DNA of 37,530 bases from a virus (Duplodnaviria; Caudoviricetes): IMG/VR virus record IMGVR_UViG_3300037462_000666, positions 1 to 37,530 of that record; one strand, given 5' to 3'. How positions within the stretch are numbered: position 1 is the first letter of the stretch; every line of letters begins with the position of its first letter. Positions 36,663 to 37,530 of this stretch are shown one piece after another. The notes under the pieces are model-generated. The model did not search any database, had not been told where the DNA came from, and saw nothing but the letters and a program-made list of their open reading frames with translations. Made by a program: the position numbers and the translations under genes.

Positions 36663-36720
36663 CCTTATCCCTAACGTCCGAAACGCTTCTGGGTATGAGC
36701 CAGACGGTATGTGCCACGGC
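36656..36720 (+). ncRNA. Candidate structured RNA downstream of the MuF toxin
   Basis: Closing stem GCCGTG/CACGGC; internal ACGTCCGAAACG and TCTGG/CCAGA hairpin. Confidence 0.35.
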
Positions 36721-36738
36721 GCGGGTAAAGGATAGCTC

Positions 36739-37290
36739 ATGACCCAGCGCAACGCAGTTGTCGTCGAGGTCGATGACCGACAGGTTCGAGCCATGCTCGA
36801 CCGCCTCGGCACGCTCGGCACCAACACCAAGCCGCTGCTGCAAGAGATCGGCGAAGGCCTGGCGGAAACTACCAAGCAGCGCTTCGACACGAGCCGGGCA
36901 CCGGACGGCAGCCGCTGGGCGTCAAACACGCAGACCACCCTGGAGCGCTTCCTGGGCAAGTTCCGCAGCAGCTTCAGCGCCAAGACCGGCAAGCTGAGCA
37001 AGCAGGGTGCGGAGCGCGCCAGCGGCAAGAAGCCCCTGGTCGGCGAGACCGGGGCGCTCAAGACCACCATCAACTACCAGGTGGGGGCTGGTTTCGTCGA
37101 TATCGGAAGCCCCATGATCTACGCCCGGGTGCAGCAGTTCGGCGCTGCGGCCAGGAGCTTCTCCGGGGGCCGCGCCCCGTGGGGCGACATCCCGGCGAGA
37201 CCGTTCCTGGGCATCTCTGCGGACGACTCCACCTGGCTGCAGGAGCGTCTCAGCGAGGCCCTCGCCGAGGCCGCGACGGGCCCCGGCTAG
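36739..37290 (+). CDS. Virion morphogenesis / tail completion protein (Mu gpG-like)
   Basis: IGE.L...T.QRF....PDG..W; L...G.L; YARVQQFG; IPARPFLG. Confidence 0.92.
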   Translation: MTQRNAVVVEVDDRQVRAMLDRLGTLGTNTKPLLQEIGEGLAETTKQRFDTSRAPDGSRWASNTQTTLERFLGKFRSSFSAKTGKLSKQGAERASGKKPLVGETGALKTTINYQVGAGFVDIGSPMIYARVQQFGAAARSFSGGRAPWGDIPARPFLGISADDSTWLQERLSEALAEAATGPG

Positions 37291-37292
37291 AA

Positions 37293-37308
37293 TTGCGGGA
37301 GCCGCAAC
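37293..37308 (+). repeat. Subterminal palindromic 16-mer, right copy (may double as terminator of the gpG operon)
   Basis: Exact copy of 185..200; here followed by TTTGTTT, just after the gpG stop. Confidence 0.85.
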
Positions 37309-37357
37309 TTTGTTTCCGCCCCCGTTTCACTTCGGCTCGATCGATTCCGCTTGATTC

Positions 37358-37403
37358 CGGATTTATCGAGCTTCTCCCCTGGTATTTATCAAGCTCAGGG
37401 ACA
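37358..37403 (-). repeat. Right phage end with transposase-binding repeats
   Basis: Reverse complement reads TGT-N6-GCTTGATAAATACC...GCTCGATAAATCCG; same spacing from TGT as the left end, with a 14-bp exact match. Confidence 0.88.
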
Positions 37404-37409
37404 AGTGAA
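37404..37409 (+). repeat. Right copy of 6-bp target-site duplication AGTGAA
   Basis: Identical to 122..127 and directly follows the terminal ACA. Confidence 0.93.
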
Positions 37410-37522
37410 GTCGGGCCGATGTCGCCTTTGCGGATACTTCTTCGTATACCTCGTCTGCAAGCGCGCACGAACGCGCTCCAAGGCCACGCCCTACCCCACC
37501 TCCCGCCGCACGGAGACACCTC

Positions 37523-37530
37523 ATGATGGA
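37523..37530 (+). CDS. Possible start of the right-flank host gene
   Basis: GGAG RBS followed by ATG at the window edge. Confidence 0.35.

Larger units (their letters stand above)
128..37403. mobile_element. Complete transposable Mu-like (B3/BcepMu-type transposase) prophage with siphovirus-type tail
   Basis: TGT at 128 and ACA at 37401-37403; matching inverted ends; 6-bp TSD; DDE transposase + AAA ATPase, Gam, GemA, Mor, Mu-type portal/protease/gpT. Confidence 0.97.

Noticed and set aside
36648-36705. Hammerhead-like pieces (GTGATGA...CGAAAC)
   Set aside because: The core needs CUGANGA and stems I-III; the first nucleotide is wrong and the stems cannot be formed
185-37308. 16-bp direct repeat as attL/attR of an integrase prophage
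   Set aside because: No tyrosine or serine integrase is encoded; the true ends are defined further out by TGT/ACA and the TSD
1-37530. CRISPR array, tRNA, DGR or invertible tail-fibre cassette
   Set aside because: No regularly spaced repeats, cloverleaf, reverse transcriptase or invertase seen by eye

Overview
The window holds a complete, apparently intact transposable (Mu-like/B3-like) siphoviral prophage at 128..37403 (37,276 bp). It has TGT...ACA termini, inverted GCTYGATAAAT end repeats and a 6-bp target-site duplication (AGTGAA), and sits between two divergent host genes in a high-GC proteobacterium (Xanthomonadales-like by inference). The late genes are split into two divergent blocks. 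Lysis-terminase-portal-MuF-gpG follow the early/middle operon on the + strand. Protease-capsid-tail-Dam run on the - strand at the other end. Each block has a matching Mor/C-type promoter. Downstream of the repressor, on its strand, is a lysogeny/defence cassette: an ORF6C-like protein, a secreted protein, a solitary HsdR_N-type nuclease, a small ORF and a recognisable lambda RexA/RexB pair. Other notable points: (1) MuF carries a PBECR-type nuclease domain and is followed not by an immunity gene but by a short structured non-coding element (candidate RNA antitoxin); (2) a multi-hairpin leader replaces com in front of the Dam methylase; (3) an identical 16-bp palindrome lies inside both phage ends; (4) there is no recognisable tail-fibre gene. 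Family assignments come from motif recognition and remembered sequences; no searches were run.
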